From an uncultured Clostridia bacterium (GTDB taxonomy: Bacteria > Bacillota > Clostridia > TANB77 > CAG-508): a stretch of 64,000 nt of DNA. The DNA lies in the NCBI GenBank assembly GCA_934148985.1, contig CAKPDO010000002.1, positions 7,163 through 71,162 of the forward strand, in the 5' to 3' direction. Positions within the stretch are counted from its first letter, which is position 1; each line of letters starts with the position of its first letter. Below are positions 49,163 through 60,103 of this stretch, in pieces. The position numbers and the translations under genes are program-made. Under the pieces are notes generated by a model that worked only from the letters and a program-made list of their open reading frames with translations, had not been told where the DNA came from and made no database searches.

Positions 49163-50359
49163 CTATTGTAATAACCAATCTATTACATTTTTATGAATTA
49201 TTCCATCTTGTGAAAAATCATATTTATCCATTGTTAATACATATTTAGGATAATTATCTTGAATGTTCTTAAATGCTCCAAACTCTCTTTTTTCAGTTCT
49301 TTCGTCTGCTAAAATATATGCTACTTGTATATATATCTTTTCTTTAAATCTTGTAGCAATAAAATCAATTTCTGCATTTTCTAAATTACCAATTTTTACT
49401 TCATATCCCCTAGATATCAATTCATTGTAAACTATATTTTCTAAATATGCTCCTAGTTGAGGTCTTTTTCCTGCACTTTTTATTTGCCCTAAACCTAAAT
49501 CAGTTAAATAATATTTATACTTTCCATTTAAAATTCGTTTACCTCTTACGTCATACCTATCCACCTTATTTATCAAAAAAGCTCTATTCATATATTCAAG
49601 GTAATTATATAGTGTGGCCTTAGAAACCTCTCTTTCTTTTTGCCCTAAAAAATAATTTGACAAGTTTTCTGCCGAAAAATTTTGTGATGGTGTTGTAACT
49701 ATATATTCTGTAATCCTATTTAGCAAATCTATGTCTTTAATGTTAAACCTCGCTATTATATCTTTTACAACTATGGAATCATACAAATCTGATAAGTATG
49801 TTTTGGTTTGAAATTCATCTGTGAAAACAAATCTCTGTGGCATTCCTCCCCAATTTATATAATCATTAAACAAATCTTCAACCTCTTTTTTTTCAGTTAC
49901 ATTCTTCATTTCGCAAACTTCTTTAAATGTAAATGGAAAAATTTTGAAACTTACATATCTCCCCGCAATATGTGTTGCTAATTCTCCAGACAACAAATCA
50001 CTATTTGAACCAGTTATAAATATAGAAACATTTTTTGTAGCTTTAAATGAATTTATTGCCTTTTCCCAATTTTTAACATTTTGTATTTCGTCAAAAAATA
50101 GATAATATTTCTCCTTATTTACTATTTTTTCTTTTATATGCTCATTTAATTCTTTGTCACTTTCTAAATAAGAGTAATCTTCATCCTCGAAATTTATATA
50201 TATTATTTGAGATTCAGGTATACTTCTTTCTTTAAGTTCTTCGATTATTTGTAATAATATTACCGATTTTCCGCATCTTCTAATTCCTATAATAACTTTT
50301 ATTAAATCTTGGTCATAAAATGGTCTTATTTTTGATAAATATTTTTCACGTTTAATCAT
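49163..50359 (-). CDS. AAA-family ATPase with C-terminal DUF4143-like domain
   Basis: 398 aa; Walker A GIRRCGKSV, Walker B YLFFDEIQ. The C-terminal ...YYLTDLGL...YLENIVYNELISRGYEV...EIDFIA is typical of this family. Confidence 0.75.
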   Translation of the reverse strand: MIKREKYLSKIRPFYDQDLIKVIIGIRRCGKSVILLQIIEELKERSIPESQIIYINFEDEDYSYLESDKELNEHIKEKIVNKEKYYLFFDEIQNVKNWEKAINSFKATKNVSIFITGSNSDLLSGELATHIAGRYVSFKIFPFTFKEVCEMKNVTEKKEVEDLFNDYINWGGMPQRFVFTDEFQTKTYLSDLYDSIVVKDIIARFNIKDIDLLNRITEYIVTTPSQNFSAENLSNYFLGQKEREVSKATLYNYLEYMNRAFLINKVDRYDVRGKRILNGKYKYYLTDLGLGQIKSAGKRPQLGAYLENIVYNELISRGYEVKIGNLENAEIDFIATRFKEKIYIQVAYILADERTEKREFGAFKNIQDNYPKYVLTMDKYDFSQDGIIHKNVIDWLLQ

Positions 50360-50572
50360 ATAAAATCACTCACTTTCTGGTTCCATTTTACCATACCGTA
50401 ATATTTTTGTCAATTTTGTTTTGTGTGCTAAACTTTTTTGTATATTTCTATATTTTTGTACACCATGTTTATAGTAAAATGTCTTTTTTATGTTTTATAT
50501 TTCTTAACTAATTATATCCTTTATCACAAATTTTATTATTACTTAATTCTCTATCTTTTGCTGCTTTAAACC

Positions 50573-50791
50573 TCACTCATCACCTTTTTCTCCATACTCA
50601 ATTCCATCTCCCAGCTCTCTTTTCTCAATACTAATTTTAGCCATTTCTTCAATTTCCTCTTCATATCCATTAAGAGCCGCAAAAGCTCCAAATTGTGCTG
50701 CTCTTGCTTCTATTTTCATTTGAGGATGAACTTTTGATACATGATGTGGTAAATTTATAATATCCTTATATTCTTCAAAACCATTTTTCAT
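50573..50791 (-). CDS. YolD-like small protein coupled to the Y-family polymerase
   Basis: 72 aa; INLPHHVSKVHPQMKIEARAAQFGAFAALNGY motif. 4-nt ATGA overlap with the polymerase stop. Confidence 0.65.
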   Translation of the reverse strand: MKNGFEEYKDIINLPHHVSKVHPQMKIEARAAQFGAFAALNGYEEEIEEMAKISIEKRELGDGIEYGEKGDE

Positions 50792-52287
50792 TCTTTATGA
50801 CCTCCCACTTGTCCATTTCTTTCAATTGTAGTTCCACCTTCGACTAAATTCATTCCCTTTAATATGGCATTTTTACCATATTTCTTTTTTATATCAATCA
50901 TTGTATGTTGAAGATTTTTTTCCTTTTCTTCTTTCTGTTTCTTTTTTTCTATTTCCTCATAATTGGTAAACAAATCTATCTGCTCAAAATCATCAATTTC
51001 ATTTATTTCTGATTCTCTTGCAACTTTATTTGCTGTTATATTTATTCTTCTTGTTAAAAGTTTATCATTTATTATATTATCATATAATTCCATAGTTGCT
51101 TTCATTATCATTTTAGTAGATGATGTTTTGTAATCTAAATTAACTGTTCCATGTGCATGTTTTGGGACTTTTCTCCCATATCTATCTTCTGTTATCTCTC
51201 CATTATATTTTTTTCTTATTTCACTATCTGTTAAATTCTGAACATCATACCCTATTGTTAGTACAATTTGGTCTGTTACTAACTTTTTTTCTACTAGTTC
51301 TAAAGCAAGTAATTCTGTCATTTCTTTAACTATTAATTTTGTTTTTTCATAATCATATGGACAATGTAAAACTTGCCCAGAACTTATACTATTTGACTCT
51401 GGTTTATATGTTTTTATATCTTTTATTGTGCATGGTTCATATCCCCAAGCATGGTCTATTAATAATTCAGCATTTATTCCAAATAATTTATATAGTAGTT
51501 CTTCATTTCCTAAAGATGTTCTTGCAACATCTCCCATAGTAAAAATTCCATTTTTTTCTAATTTTTTGCTATATCCTTTTCCAACTCTCCAGAAGTCTGT
51601 TATTGGTAAATGTGACCATAGTAATTTTCTATACATCATTTCATCAAGGCATGCTATTCTTACTCCATTTTGGTCTGGCTTTACATGTTTTGCAACTATA
51701 TCCATTGCTACTTTACATAGATATAAATTCGTTCCAATTCCAGCTGTTGCTGTTATTCCTGTAGTTTTATATACATCTTGTATTACCTTTGTTACTAGTT
51801 CTTTTGCTCTCATTTTATATATTTTTAAATATGGTGTTAAGTCACAAAATATTTCGTCTATTGAATAAACATATATGTCTTCTTCAGAAAAATATTTTAA
51901 ATATATATTATATATTTGTGTGCTATATTTCATATACAGAGACATTCTTGGTGGTGCTATTATATAATCTAATTCAAGCTTTGCATTTTTTCTTAATTCT
52001 ATAGCATCTGTTGATTTTCCTTCAAATTCTTTTCCCTGAATTTTTCTTCTTCTTTCAAAATTTATTTGATTTACTTTTTGTATTACTTCATATAATCGCA
52101 CTCTTCCTGGTATTTTATATGCTTTTAATGATGGGCTTACTGCTAAACATATTGTTTTTGATGTTCTCGTTTCATCTGCTACTACTAGGTTTGTGGTGTT
52201 GGGGTCTAATTTTCTTTCTCTACATTCTACTGATGCATAGAAACTTTTTAAGTCTATTGATGTATATATTTTGGGCATTCTTTTCAC
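50788..52287 (-). CDS. Y-family (UmuC/ImpB/DinB-like) translesion DNA polymerase
   Basis: 499 aa; SIDLKSFYASVECRE...YSIDEIFCDLT...GITATAGIGTNLYLCKVAMD. Confidence 0.85.
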   Translation of the reverse strand: MKRMPKIYTSIDLKSFYASVECRERKLDPNTTNLVVADETRTSKTICLAVSPSLKAYKIPGRVRLYEVIQKVNQINFERRRKIQGKEFEGKSTDAIELRKNAKLELDYIIAPPRMSLYMKYSTQIYNIYLKYFSEEDIYVYSIDEIFCDLTPYLKIYKMRAKELVTKVIQDVYKTTGITATAGIGTNLYLCKVAMDIVAKHVKPDQNGVRIACLDEMMYRKLLWSHLPITDFWRVGKGYSKKLEKNGIFTMGDVARTSLGNEELLYKLFGINAELLIDHAWGYEPCTIKDIKTYKPESNSISSGQVLHCPYDYEKTKLIVKEMTELLALELVEKKLVTDQIVLTIGYDVQNLTDSEIRKKYNGEITEDRYGRKVPKHAHGTVNLDYKTSSTKMIMKATMELYDNIINDKLLTRRINITANKVARESEINEIDDFEQIDLFTNYEEIEKKKQKEEKEKNLQHTMIDIKKKYGKNAILKGMNLVEGGTTIERNGQVGGHKE

Positions 52288-52327
52288 CTCTTTTGCTTTT
52301 TTAATATAACATATATTTTTATTTTCG

Positions 52328-54139
52328 TCAAATGTTTGTTCGGTGTTGGTTTTTGTTATATTTTGGAATGAGATATAAACATATATCCTTTACTTTGTTT
52401 AGATTAACCGATATTTCTTTTGGAACTTTAATATTAAACTCCTTCTCAATCGCAAGAATAATTTCAACTTTATCTAATGAATCTGCACCTAAATCATAAA
52501 TACTTGTTTCTTCACTTATCTGCTGTGCATCTATTCCAAGCTGTTTGCTTAATATTTCTTTCACGCTTTTTGTAATATCATTATCTATTACATCTTTTAA
52601 ACTTGAAGTTTGTTTATAGCTATGTAATCTTATTTTTTCTATTTCTTCTTTTCTTTTTATTTTTCCAGTAGGTGTTTTTAAAAGTTCTTCATTTGTTGCA
52701 TAAATAATATTTATCTTTTTATATGATGAAAAATCTTCATTTATTTTTCTTATTTGTTCCAATATTTCTTGTTTTTGTTCTAAGTTTTCACATACAATTT
52801 CAGCACAAATACAAACTTTATTTTCTCCTATTTTTTTATCAAAAACTAAAGACTCTTTTACTCCATCTATCTTGTTTATTATGGTCTCTACTTCTTCGGG
52901 AAATACTTTTTTCCCATTTGGCAATACTATCATGTTTTTTATCCTACCATGAAGAAATAAATATCCATCTTCATCTATTCGCCCCAAATCTCCTGTATAA
53001 AACCATCCATCTTTTAAAACTTGTTTTGTCGCTTCTTCATCTTGATAATATCCTAAAAATACATTTTCACCTTTAACTAAAATCTCTCCAATTCCATTTT
53101 CATCTTTATTTGCAAGTTTTAATTCAATATTAGGTACCACTTTCCCAACTGAATCCATTTTATGTAATTCTATATTACTCATACATACAACTGGAGCTGT
53201 TTCTGTTATTCCATATCCTTGCACTAAATTTATTCCTTTTTCTTTAAATGATTGTTCGATCTCTTCTTCAAGACTTGCACCACCGCTCATAAATATATTG
53301 ATATTTTTTTTATTGATTTCATCAATTCTTTTTAGCATATATTCATATACTGCTGGAACCGCTCCCATAAAAGATACATTATATTTGTTTATATCTTCTA
53401 CTATATCTTTTAAATCATGGCAATATATTCTTGTTGCACCTCTGTAAATAGTAAGCAATAAACAAAATAAACCTTCAAGCACATGATTTAATGGCAAAAC
53501 AGATAGTGCAATGTCATTACAGCTTATAGGAAATACTTGCGCTACATTTACTAAACTTACACAAACATTTTTATGTGATAGCATTACAGCTTTAGACTTT
53601 TCAGTAGTTCCTGACGTAAACATTATAAATCCAATTGATTCATTGTCTATTTTTGCATCTATAAACTCTTTATTTCCTGCTTCGATTAATTTTCTTCCTT
53701 CTTCTATTAATCTATTAAATGACATTGTCTTTTTTTCTTCAAAACAGATAATATATTTTAATCCCTCTATTTCTTGTTGAATATTCATTAAAATATTTTC
53801 ATATTTTTCGGAGCAGAAGATAGCCTCTACTTTTGCTCTTTTTAAAATAGTTGTTATTTCTTTTGGGACTAAAGATTTATCAAGTGGCACAGCAATTCCT
53901 GTACCATTTGTTATTGCAAAATATGCAATTTCCCATTCATATCTATTTTCTGAAATTATTGCAATCCTCTTATTTTTTAATCCCTTTTGGATTAATGAAG
54001 TTCCTAAACAATTAACTTTCTCTTGCATTTCTCTATAAGTTATTTCTTTATTACCTAATTTGTATAATGTTCTATTTGCATATTTTTCAACAGATTTTGA
54101 TAACATCTCTTTCAAATCTGTAATTTTTTCATTTTTCAT
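52328..54139 (-). CDS. Fatty-acyl-AMP/CoA ligase fused to a C-terminal acyl carrier domain
   Basis: 603 aa; FTSGTTEKSKAVMLSH, YGITETAP, TGDLGRIDEDGYLFLHGRIKN, then a carrier-domain Ser motif LGADSLDKVEIILAIEKEF. Confidence 0.8.
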   Translation of the reverse strand: MKNEKITDLKEMLSKSVEKYANRTLYKLGNKEITYREMQEKVNCLGTSLIQKGLKNKRIAIISENRYEWEIAYFAITNGTGIAVPLDKSLVPKEITTILKRAKVEAIFCSEKYENILMNIQQEIEGLKYIICFEEKKTMSFNRLIEEGRKLIEAGNKEFIDAKIDNESIGFIMFTSGTTEKSKAVMLSHKNVCVSLVNVAQVFPISCNDIALSVLPLNHVLEGLFCLLLTIYRGATRIYCHDLKDIVEDINKYNVSFMGAVPAVYEYMLKRIDEINKKNINIFMSGGASLEEEIEQSFKEKGINLVQGYGITETAPVVCMSNIELHKMDSVGKVVPNIELKLANKDENGIGEILVKGENVFLGYYQDEEATKQVLKDGWFYTGDLGRIDEDGYLFLHGRIKNMIVLPNGKKVFPEEVETIINKIDGVKESLVFDKKIGENKVCICAEIVCENLEQKQEILEQIRKINEDFSSYKKINIIYATNEELLKTPTGKIKRKEEIEKIRLHSYKQTSSLKDVIDNDITKSVKEILSKQLGIDAQQISEETSIYDLGADSLDKVEIILAIEKEFNIKVPKEISVNLNKVKDICLYLIPKYNKNQHRTNI

Positions 54140-54158
54140 AATTCGTACATTCCTTTAA

Positions 54159-56690
54159 TTATAATTTCTTTACTTTTCCTGTTGTACCATCAAATTCTAC
54201 TTCATCTCCGTCATTAAGATTGTTTAATAGTCCTGTTATTCCAACTACTGCTGGTATTCCCAATTCCCTAGATACAATTGCAGAATGTGATAATAAACTT
54301 CCCCTTTCTACTAAGATACCACTTGCTGCTGGGAATAGCATTATCCAACCTGGATCTGTGTATTCTGCCACTAATATTTCTCCTTGTTCTAACTTAGCAT
54401 TTGCTGGATTTCTTATTATTCTTACTTTTCCTGTTACTTTTCCAGGAGATGCTCCAATTCCTTTCAATTCTAATGATGCTTCTTTACTTTTTTCTTGTTT
54501 TTCATTTTTTCTTTTGAAATCATTTCCTATATTTACTGCTCCATATGAGTAAAATCTTTCATCTGGCACCGTTTCTTTATATTTTATATATTGTCTTTTT
54601 CTTATTTCTATTAATTCTCGTAAATTATTTGTAGTTGATTTTCCATCAATATAATATAAAATTTCATTTACTTCTAAAAAAAATATATCTCTTTTTTCAT
54701 CTATTACATTCATAGAGGTTAATATGTAACCTATTCTTAAGAAAATTTCTCTTACTCTTCCAAATAATCTCGTTCTTTCAAATCTAAGATTTTCTCTGTT
54801 TTTTACAGTAAATCTAGCATATTTTAGTGTAAAATTAAATTTTGCTTTTTCAACTGGTCTTAATTTTAGTATTTGTTTTACTTTCTTTTCTGCATTTATT
54901 CTTGCTTGTTCTGAATCTACTGATTCTATTTTCGCTTCTTTCATTCTATTTGCAAATGTTGATATTGAATGATACAAGCTTCTTGGATTATCCTTTAAAG
55001 TCTCAGTTTCCAATTTTAATTCTTGTAAACATCTATTTGAAAATTTGTCTAAATATTCGTTCAACTTCTTGTTGAATTTTGGATATTTAGGCAATTCTTT
55101 TTTTACAAATAGTATATTATCATTTTCTAACAAACTTATTAATTCATCATTATCCTTTGCTATACTCGCTAGTTCCTTTATTCTTTTGGCTGGTTCTGCA
55201 CTTATAATTCCACCTTCACTACACAACAAGTCATTATGAACTAAAATTCCATCTTCTTTAAAGATTTCTATACATTTTTGTTTTAATTGTCCATAAAAAA
55301 TCATTGCAAGGAAATCATTTACCAAAGGTGCATCCCATTTATGTAATAATCTACTTTCTAATTCGTAATAATAGTCATGTAATTCATATAAATCCATGTT
55401 TTCTATGTCTTTTTCTTCTAGAGCATCATTTAGTCTATCATAGAACTTCTCTGTCATTTTTTTTATCTTGAAAAATCCTTTTACTAGTCCATATCCTGTA
55501 CTTATTAATCCTAATTTATCCTTAAATGTTGCTTGTGGTACTGGAAATAAGTCATCTGGTAAAGATTCTTTTACTCCCATCATTTGTTCCATAAATTTTT
55601 TATTTTTTCCTAATCCTGGGAACATTGATAATAAGCCATACCATCCATATAAATTATAATAAACTCGTCCATCTATTAATGCTAACATATTTTTAAACAT
55701 TTGCGAATTCATCTCTATTTTTTCTTGTTTCACATTAAATATTTTACAAAGCTCTATGTAAACATTTTCATACACTGTTCTTATGAATGAAAATGTTAAT
55801 GGAGTTGTTATTCCTCCATAACTTTCAACAATATTACTATTATCAAAAACATTTATTTTTCCATTTTCATTTTTTCTGTTTCCTAATGTTGTTATTGGTC
55901 TTGATTGCAACAAATATAATTGTTCACCTTCATATGCCCATTCAATATCTTGATATCTTCCAAAAAAATCACTTGCTTTTTGTACTAATTCTTTTACCTC
56001 CAATATTTGCTCATCTGTTAAAACTTGTTTTTGTTTTAATTCTTCATCAACTTGTTTTTGTATAACCACATCATTTTCAAGTCTATGGCAAAAATCTTTT
56101 TCTGCAATCTCTTTTTTAACCTCATTATTTGAAATTGTATATGTATCTGATGTTGCAACTCCATCAACCAAGCCACTTCCTAATCCATATACTGCTGTAA
56201 CAACAACTTCTTTTACATTTGAATTTACAGGATTTGCACCAAATGCTACTCCAGCTTTTTCTGAATTCACCATTTTTTGAACTATAACTGATGGTATTGA
56301 TATTTCTTGAATATTGTTCTCTTTTCTGTATGTTTCTATTCTTTTCGAAAATGCTGACATATAAACTTCTTTTATTTTTTTAATAACATCATTTTTATTT
56401 ATGTACAAAAATGTGTCAAATTGTCCTGCAAATGATTTTTCTTTAGAATCTTCATTTACTGCTGATGATCTTACTGCAAAATATGTATCTTCTGAATACT
56501 GTTTTAATTTTTCTTGTATCTCATTTTTAACTTCATTTATTATAATTTTATTTTCTAAGTCAAATCCTTTATATGATACTACAAACCAGTTAGGAATATT
56601 ATCTACAATCATTCCAACTTTTGCTAAAGCTGTAGCTTTTCCTCCCATTAGTTCGTAATTTTTACTTGTGTTTTCTAATACATATTCCAT
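54159..56690 (-). CDS. PEP-synthase/RPH-like dikinase (N-terminal ATP-grasp PPDK_N, C-terminal swivel His domain)
   Basis: 843 aa; N-terminal GGKATALAK...AVRSSA..ED...SFAGQ. C-terminal GASPGKVTGKVRII...ILVAEYTDPGW...ILVERGSLLSHSAIVSRELGIPAVVG. There is no PEP/pyruvate-binding TIM-barrel domain. Confidence 0.75.
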   Translation of the reverse strand: MEYVLENTSKNYELMGGKATALAKVGMIVDNIPNWFVVSYKGFDLENKIIINEVKNEIQEKLKQYSEDTYFAVRSSAVNEDSKEKSFAGQFDTFLYINKNDVIKKIKEVYMSAFSKRIETYRKENNIQEISIPSVIVQKMVNSEKAGVAFGANPVNSNVKEVVVTAVYGLGSGLVDGVATSDTYTISNNEVKKEIAEKDFCHRLENDVVIQKQVDEELKQKQVLTDEQILEVKELVQKASDFFGRYQDIEWAYEGEQLYLLQSRPITTLGNRKNENGKINVFDNSNIVESYGGITTPLTFSFIRTVYENVYIELCKIFNVKQEKIEMNSQMFKNMLALIDGRVYYNLYGWYGLLSMFPGLGKNKKFMEQMMGVKESLPDDLFPVPQATFKDKLGLISTGYGLVKGFFKIKKMTEKFYDRLNDALEEKDIENMDLYELHDYYYELESRLLHKWDAPLVNDFLAMIFYGQLKQKCIEIFKEDGILVHNDLLCSEGGIISAEPAKRIKELASIAKDNDELISLLENDNILFVKKELPKYPKFNKKLNEYLDKFSNRCLQELKLETETLKDNPRSLYHSISTFANRMKEAKIESVDSEQARINAEKKVKQILKLRPVEKAKFNFTLKYARFTVKNRENLRFERTRLFGRVREIFLRIGYILTSMNVIDEKRDIFFLEVNEILYYIDGKSTTNNLRELIEIRKRQYIKYKETVPDERFYSYGAVNIGNDFKRKNEKQEKSKEASLELKGIGASPGKVTGKVRIIRNPANAKLEQGEILVAEYTDPGWIMLFPAASGILVERGSLLSHSAIVSRELGIPAVVGITGLLNNLNDGDEVEFDGTTGKVKKL

Positions 56691-56707
56691 CTTTTGAATT
56701 CTCCTTT

Positions 56708-57652
56708 TTATATAATTAATAGTCCCATACTTATATATATAATAATTATATATATATTTGCTGATAGTTCTGTAATTTTAGCCAATTTTTTAGTTTTATT
56801 TTTAGCAAATAATAAATTAGTTATATTTGTTAAAACATACACTCCTATTATCCATGGTAAATGTGCTATTCCTAATGCTTTTATCTGTGTTAACATTAAT
56901 AATGTTTCTAATACTACTAATATTAAGGTTGCTTTTCCTATTCCAAATACTGCTGTATATGTTTTCACACCTTCTTCTTCGTCTTCTTTGCATCTTAATT
57001 TTCTTGCAATTTCTACTGTCCAAGATACTAAGTATGAAATTAATAGTATTTCTCCTAAATTTGAAAAAAATAGGGCTTCCATACACATGTTAGGAGTTAT
57101 TATATAGCTTGATAAATACATTACTAATACAGGCATTAACAATTCATCTAAAAACACTCCAAATAACATATGTTTATCTATAAATTTTTTCATAAAAAAA
57201 TTTTTACTTAAGAGTCCTGAAAAAGCCCAAACCAATGCTAATAAAATTAATCCTTCTTCGTTAAACAAAAATGTAATTGCTACTTGTAATATTGCGCAAA
57301 TAATAAATAATATTTTTAATTCTTTTAATGTTACTAGACCTCGTGGCACTGGTCTATATGGTCTGTATTTACAATCTTCTTCGTAATCTTTGAATTCATC
57401 TATTATTCGTACCATCAAAAATTGTAAAAAAGCAACTATAAACATTGGAATAATTTTTATGCATTCTATTTTGGGAGTATTTATAGTCTCAAGGAACATT
57501 TTGTAATTATTAATTAAAATTTCTTTACTTGCATTACTAAAGCAAAACACCGCAAATACTATGCAAAAAATATATAATCCAAACGTTACTACTGGAAATC
57601 TTTCTTTTTGATATGTATACCACTTTTTTAAAAAATTCATACTTAACTCCAT
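56708..57652 (-). CDS. UbiA-superfamily prenyltransferase-like membrane protein
   Basis: 314 aa, about 8 TM; RIIDEFKDYEEDCKYRPYRPVPRG resembles the first Asp-rich motif plus the xRPxPxG loop of UbiA enzymes. Confidence 0.6.
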   Translation of the reverse strand: MELSMNFLKKWYTYQKERFPVVTFGLYIFCIVFAVFCFSNASKEILINNYKMFLETINTPKIECIKIIPMFIVAFLQFLMVRIIDEFKDYEEDCKYRPYRPVPRGLVTLKELKILFIICAILQVAITFLFNEEGLILLALVWAFSGLLSKNFFMKKFIDKHMLFGVFLDELLMPVLVMYLSSYIITPNMCMEALFFSNLGEILLISYLVSWTVEIARKLRCKEDEEEGVKTYTAVFGIGKATLILVVLETLLMLTQIKALGIAHLPWIIGVYVLTNITNLLFAKNKTKKLAKITELSANIYIIIIYISMGLLII

Positions 57653-57654
57653 TT

Positions 57655-59142
57655 CTATTCCATATTTAATATCTTCTTTAACTCTTTATAATCAACTTTT
57701 GTACTATGTCTCTTGTCTACCGGAATCTCATCTACATATTTTATTTCATCAATCGTTTCAAAAGTTATGGTATTCTTTATGTCTGCTTCTCTAACATCCT
57801 TATTTTCTAATACCAATATAATTTTTCCATTATGTTTAAAAACTGCCGTTTTTCCTATATTAAATCTGGCATGTAAAGCTGCTTCTATATTAAAATACGG
57901 TTCTTTTATTCTTCCTCTTAGCCATAATCTTCCTTGTTCATCAAATATCCCTAAATCACCTGTTCTGTGATATTTTTCTCCATCCACACTAAATTTGTTT
58001 TCTTTATCCCCAATGCCATTTACATATCCTTTTAGAACATTTTTTCCCGCTACAACAATTTCTCCTACCTCTCGTTGTAATCCTATAAATTGCTCTCTGG
58101 TTAATTCACCTATTTCATTTATTCCTGTTTTTATTATTTTGCAATCTTCTACTCCAACAATATTGCCTGCTAAAATTCCATAGCCATTTTTTATTTTTTC
58201 TAAATCTCTTTCTGTCATTTCATTTACATTTAATTCTGCAATTGGTTCAGCTTCAGTTGAACCATATAAAGTTACTATTTGAGCATTTGGAAAAACTATT
58301 TTTAGTTTATTTATAAAATCTATAAATATAGCTCCCCCTCCTGAAAAAATCTTTTTAACTTGTTTTAACTCTATATTATTTTTTATGCAATAATCTGTAA
58401 TTACATTAAGTAATCCTGGAGCAGCCATCACCCTATTTACTTTTTCGTTTATTATCTGACTTACTATTTTTTGTGGATTTGACTTACCTAAATTCGAAAA
58501 ATTACCATCAGTTATTACAGTTGTTATTCCTACATTTATATTTGATAATGTAAATATAGGTACACTCGAAATTTCAATATCTGTATCTTCATAATTTATT
58601 GTTTGCTCTAAAATCTCACCTTGATATCCTAAAAACTCATGTGTTCTTGCTGCAATTTTAGGTTTTCCTGTTGTTCCACTTGTATATGTTAGAATTGCAG
58701 AAAATCCATTTTCAACTTCTGCAATTTTTAATTTTTTACTTATTATTGTTCCTATTTTATTTGTATTTACTTTGATTTTTAAATTTCTTAAATTTTTATT
58801 TATATTAGAATATATAATATATTTTGTAAATCCTATAACTGCATCTATATTATCAAAATCATTTTTGTACATTCCGTTTCTTATAAAACCGGCATCCATA
58901 AAACAAGGCACCGCCCCAATCGCCCAAATGGAAAGCAAAGTAACATATAACTCAATTGACATTGGAACTAATACAAGAACTTTTTGTCCTCTTCTAATTC
59001 CTTTTTTTTCTAAATCCTCCTTAAAATTTGAAACCATTTTGTACAAGTCTTTGTATGTTACTTTTCTCCATTTTTGAATTAAGCAAATTTTGTCAGGCAT
59101 TTTTTCACAATTTTGAATCAACTTACCTACTAAATTATTCAT
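57655..59142 (-). CDS. AMP-dependent synthetase/ligase (adenylating enzyme)
   Basis: 495 aa; LTYTSGTTGKPKIAARTH, YGSTEAEP, YHRTGDLGIFDEQGRLWLRGRIKE. Confidence 0.8.
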   Translation of the reverse strand: MNNLVGKLIQNCEKMPDKICLIQKWRKVTYKDLYKMVSNFKEDLEKKGIRRGQKVLVLVPMSIELYVTLLSIWAIGAVPCFMDAGFIRNGMYKNDFDNIDAVIGFTKYIIYSNINKNLRNLKIKVNTNKIGTIISKKLKIAEVENGFSAILTYTSGTTGKPKIAARTHEFLGYQGEILEQTINYEDTDIEISSVPIFTLSNINVGITTVITDGNFSNLGKSNPQKIVSQIINEKVNRVMAAPGLLNVITDYCIKNNIELKQVKKIFSGGGAIFIDFINKLKIVFPNAQIVTLYGSTEAEPIAELNVNEMTERDLEKIKNGYGILAGNIVGVEDCKIIKTGINEIGELTREQFIGLQREVGEIVVAGKNVLKGYVNGIGDKENKFSVDGEKYHRTGDLGIFDEQGRLWLRGRIKEPYFNIEAALHARFNIGKTAVFKHNGKIILVLENKDVREADIKNTITFETIDEIKYVDEIPVDKRHSTKVDYKELKKILNME

Positions 59143-59168
59143 ATCTTTAATTCTCCTTCTAATGGCAA

Positions 59169-60095
59169 TTATCTTCCAAACAATTCCTTTCCATATAATG
59201 CATACTCTCTAATCACTTCCGTTTTATTTCTTTTGGCCATTTTTTGAGAAGTATTATTACTATACATAAATGCAAAAATCCATTTTTCGAAATTCTTATT
59301 TTGTGCAGATTTTGCAATATGTCTCAACATTATATTACCTATTGCCAAATTCTCATATTCAGGTAAAACAGCAATTGTTTTTAATATTAATGTGCTTAGC
59401 TTTCCTTCTCTTTTAAATTCATTAAAATCTGGTATACAAAATACAAACCCTACTTCATTTCCTTCTTTTTCAGCAATTAATACAAATTCTTCATCTATCA
59501 TATTTATATATGGTTCATATTGTTTTACAAAGTCTTCCTTTGAAATTGGAGTATAAAACGGATTTCTGTTAAAACTTTTTACAGAAACATTATATATTTT
59601 CCTTAAATCTTGCATGTAATTTGCTTTATCAAATTTTCTAATCACTATTTTTTCATATTCTAAATTTTTTTCAATTATATCTAAAGTTTCTGATTCGTAT
59701 GCATCTTTTATAAAACCTTTTGTTGATGTATATGTATGTAATTCTTTAAATCCCGCTTTTAACAATATTTCATTATATTCAATTGGATTTACATTCTCTA
59801 ATAAAAAAGCTGGTTCTCCATTAGAATACTTTAGAATCCTATATTTTTTCCATGTATTTCTATTCATTGGAGCAACAATTAAACTTACTCCTTTTTCTTT
59901 TAAAATTTCTTCACATTTTTGTAATACTTTTATACCACTTTCTTCGTTATTTGTTTCAAATTCCCCTATTGTTCCTATGTTTCTGCCATTTACCTCTGGT
60001 GTATTTTTCCAATAGCAAGTTGCTTTCGCAATTTCTTTATCTCCTTCAAGTAAAATAACTTGAATATTATCATTATTTATTATTTTAAAATCCAT
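59169..60095 (-). CDS. GNAT-family N-acyltransferase-like protein
   Basis: 308 aa; C-terminal half ...VGFVFCIPDF...LKTIAVLPEYENLAIGNIMLRHIAKSA resembles GNAT motif A. Confidence 0.6.
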   Translation of the reverse strand: MDFKIINNDNIQVILLEGDKEIAKATCYWKNTPEVNGRNIGTIGEFETNNEESGIKVLQKCEEILKEKGVSLIVAPMNRNTWKKYRILKYSNGEPAFLLENVNPIEYNEILLKAGFKELHTYTSTKGFIKDAYESETLDIIEKNLEYEKIVIRKFDKANYMQDLRKIYNVSVKSFNRNPFYTPISKEDFVKQYEPYINMIDEEFVLIAEKEGNEVGFVFCIPDFNEFKREGKLSTLILKTIAVLPEYENLAIGNIMLRHIAKSAQNKNFEKWIFAFMYSNNTSQKMAKRNKTEVIREYALYGKELFGR

Positions 60096-60103
60096 ATTTG
60101 CTC

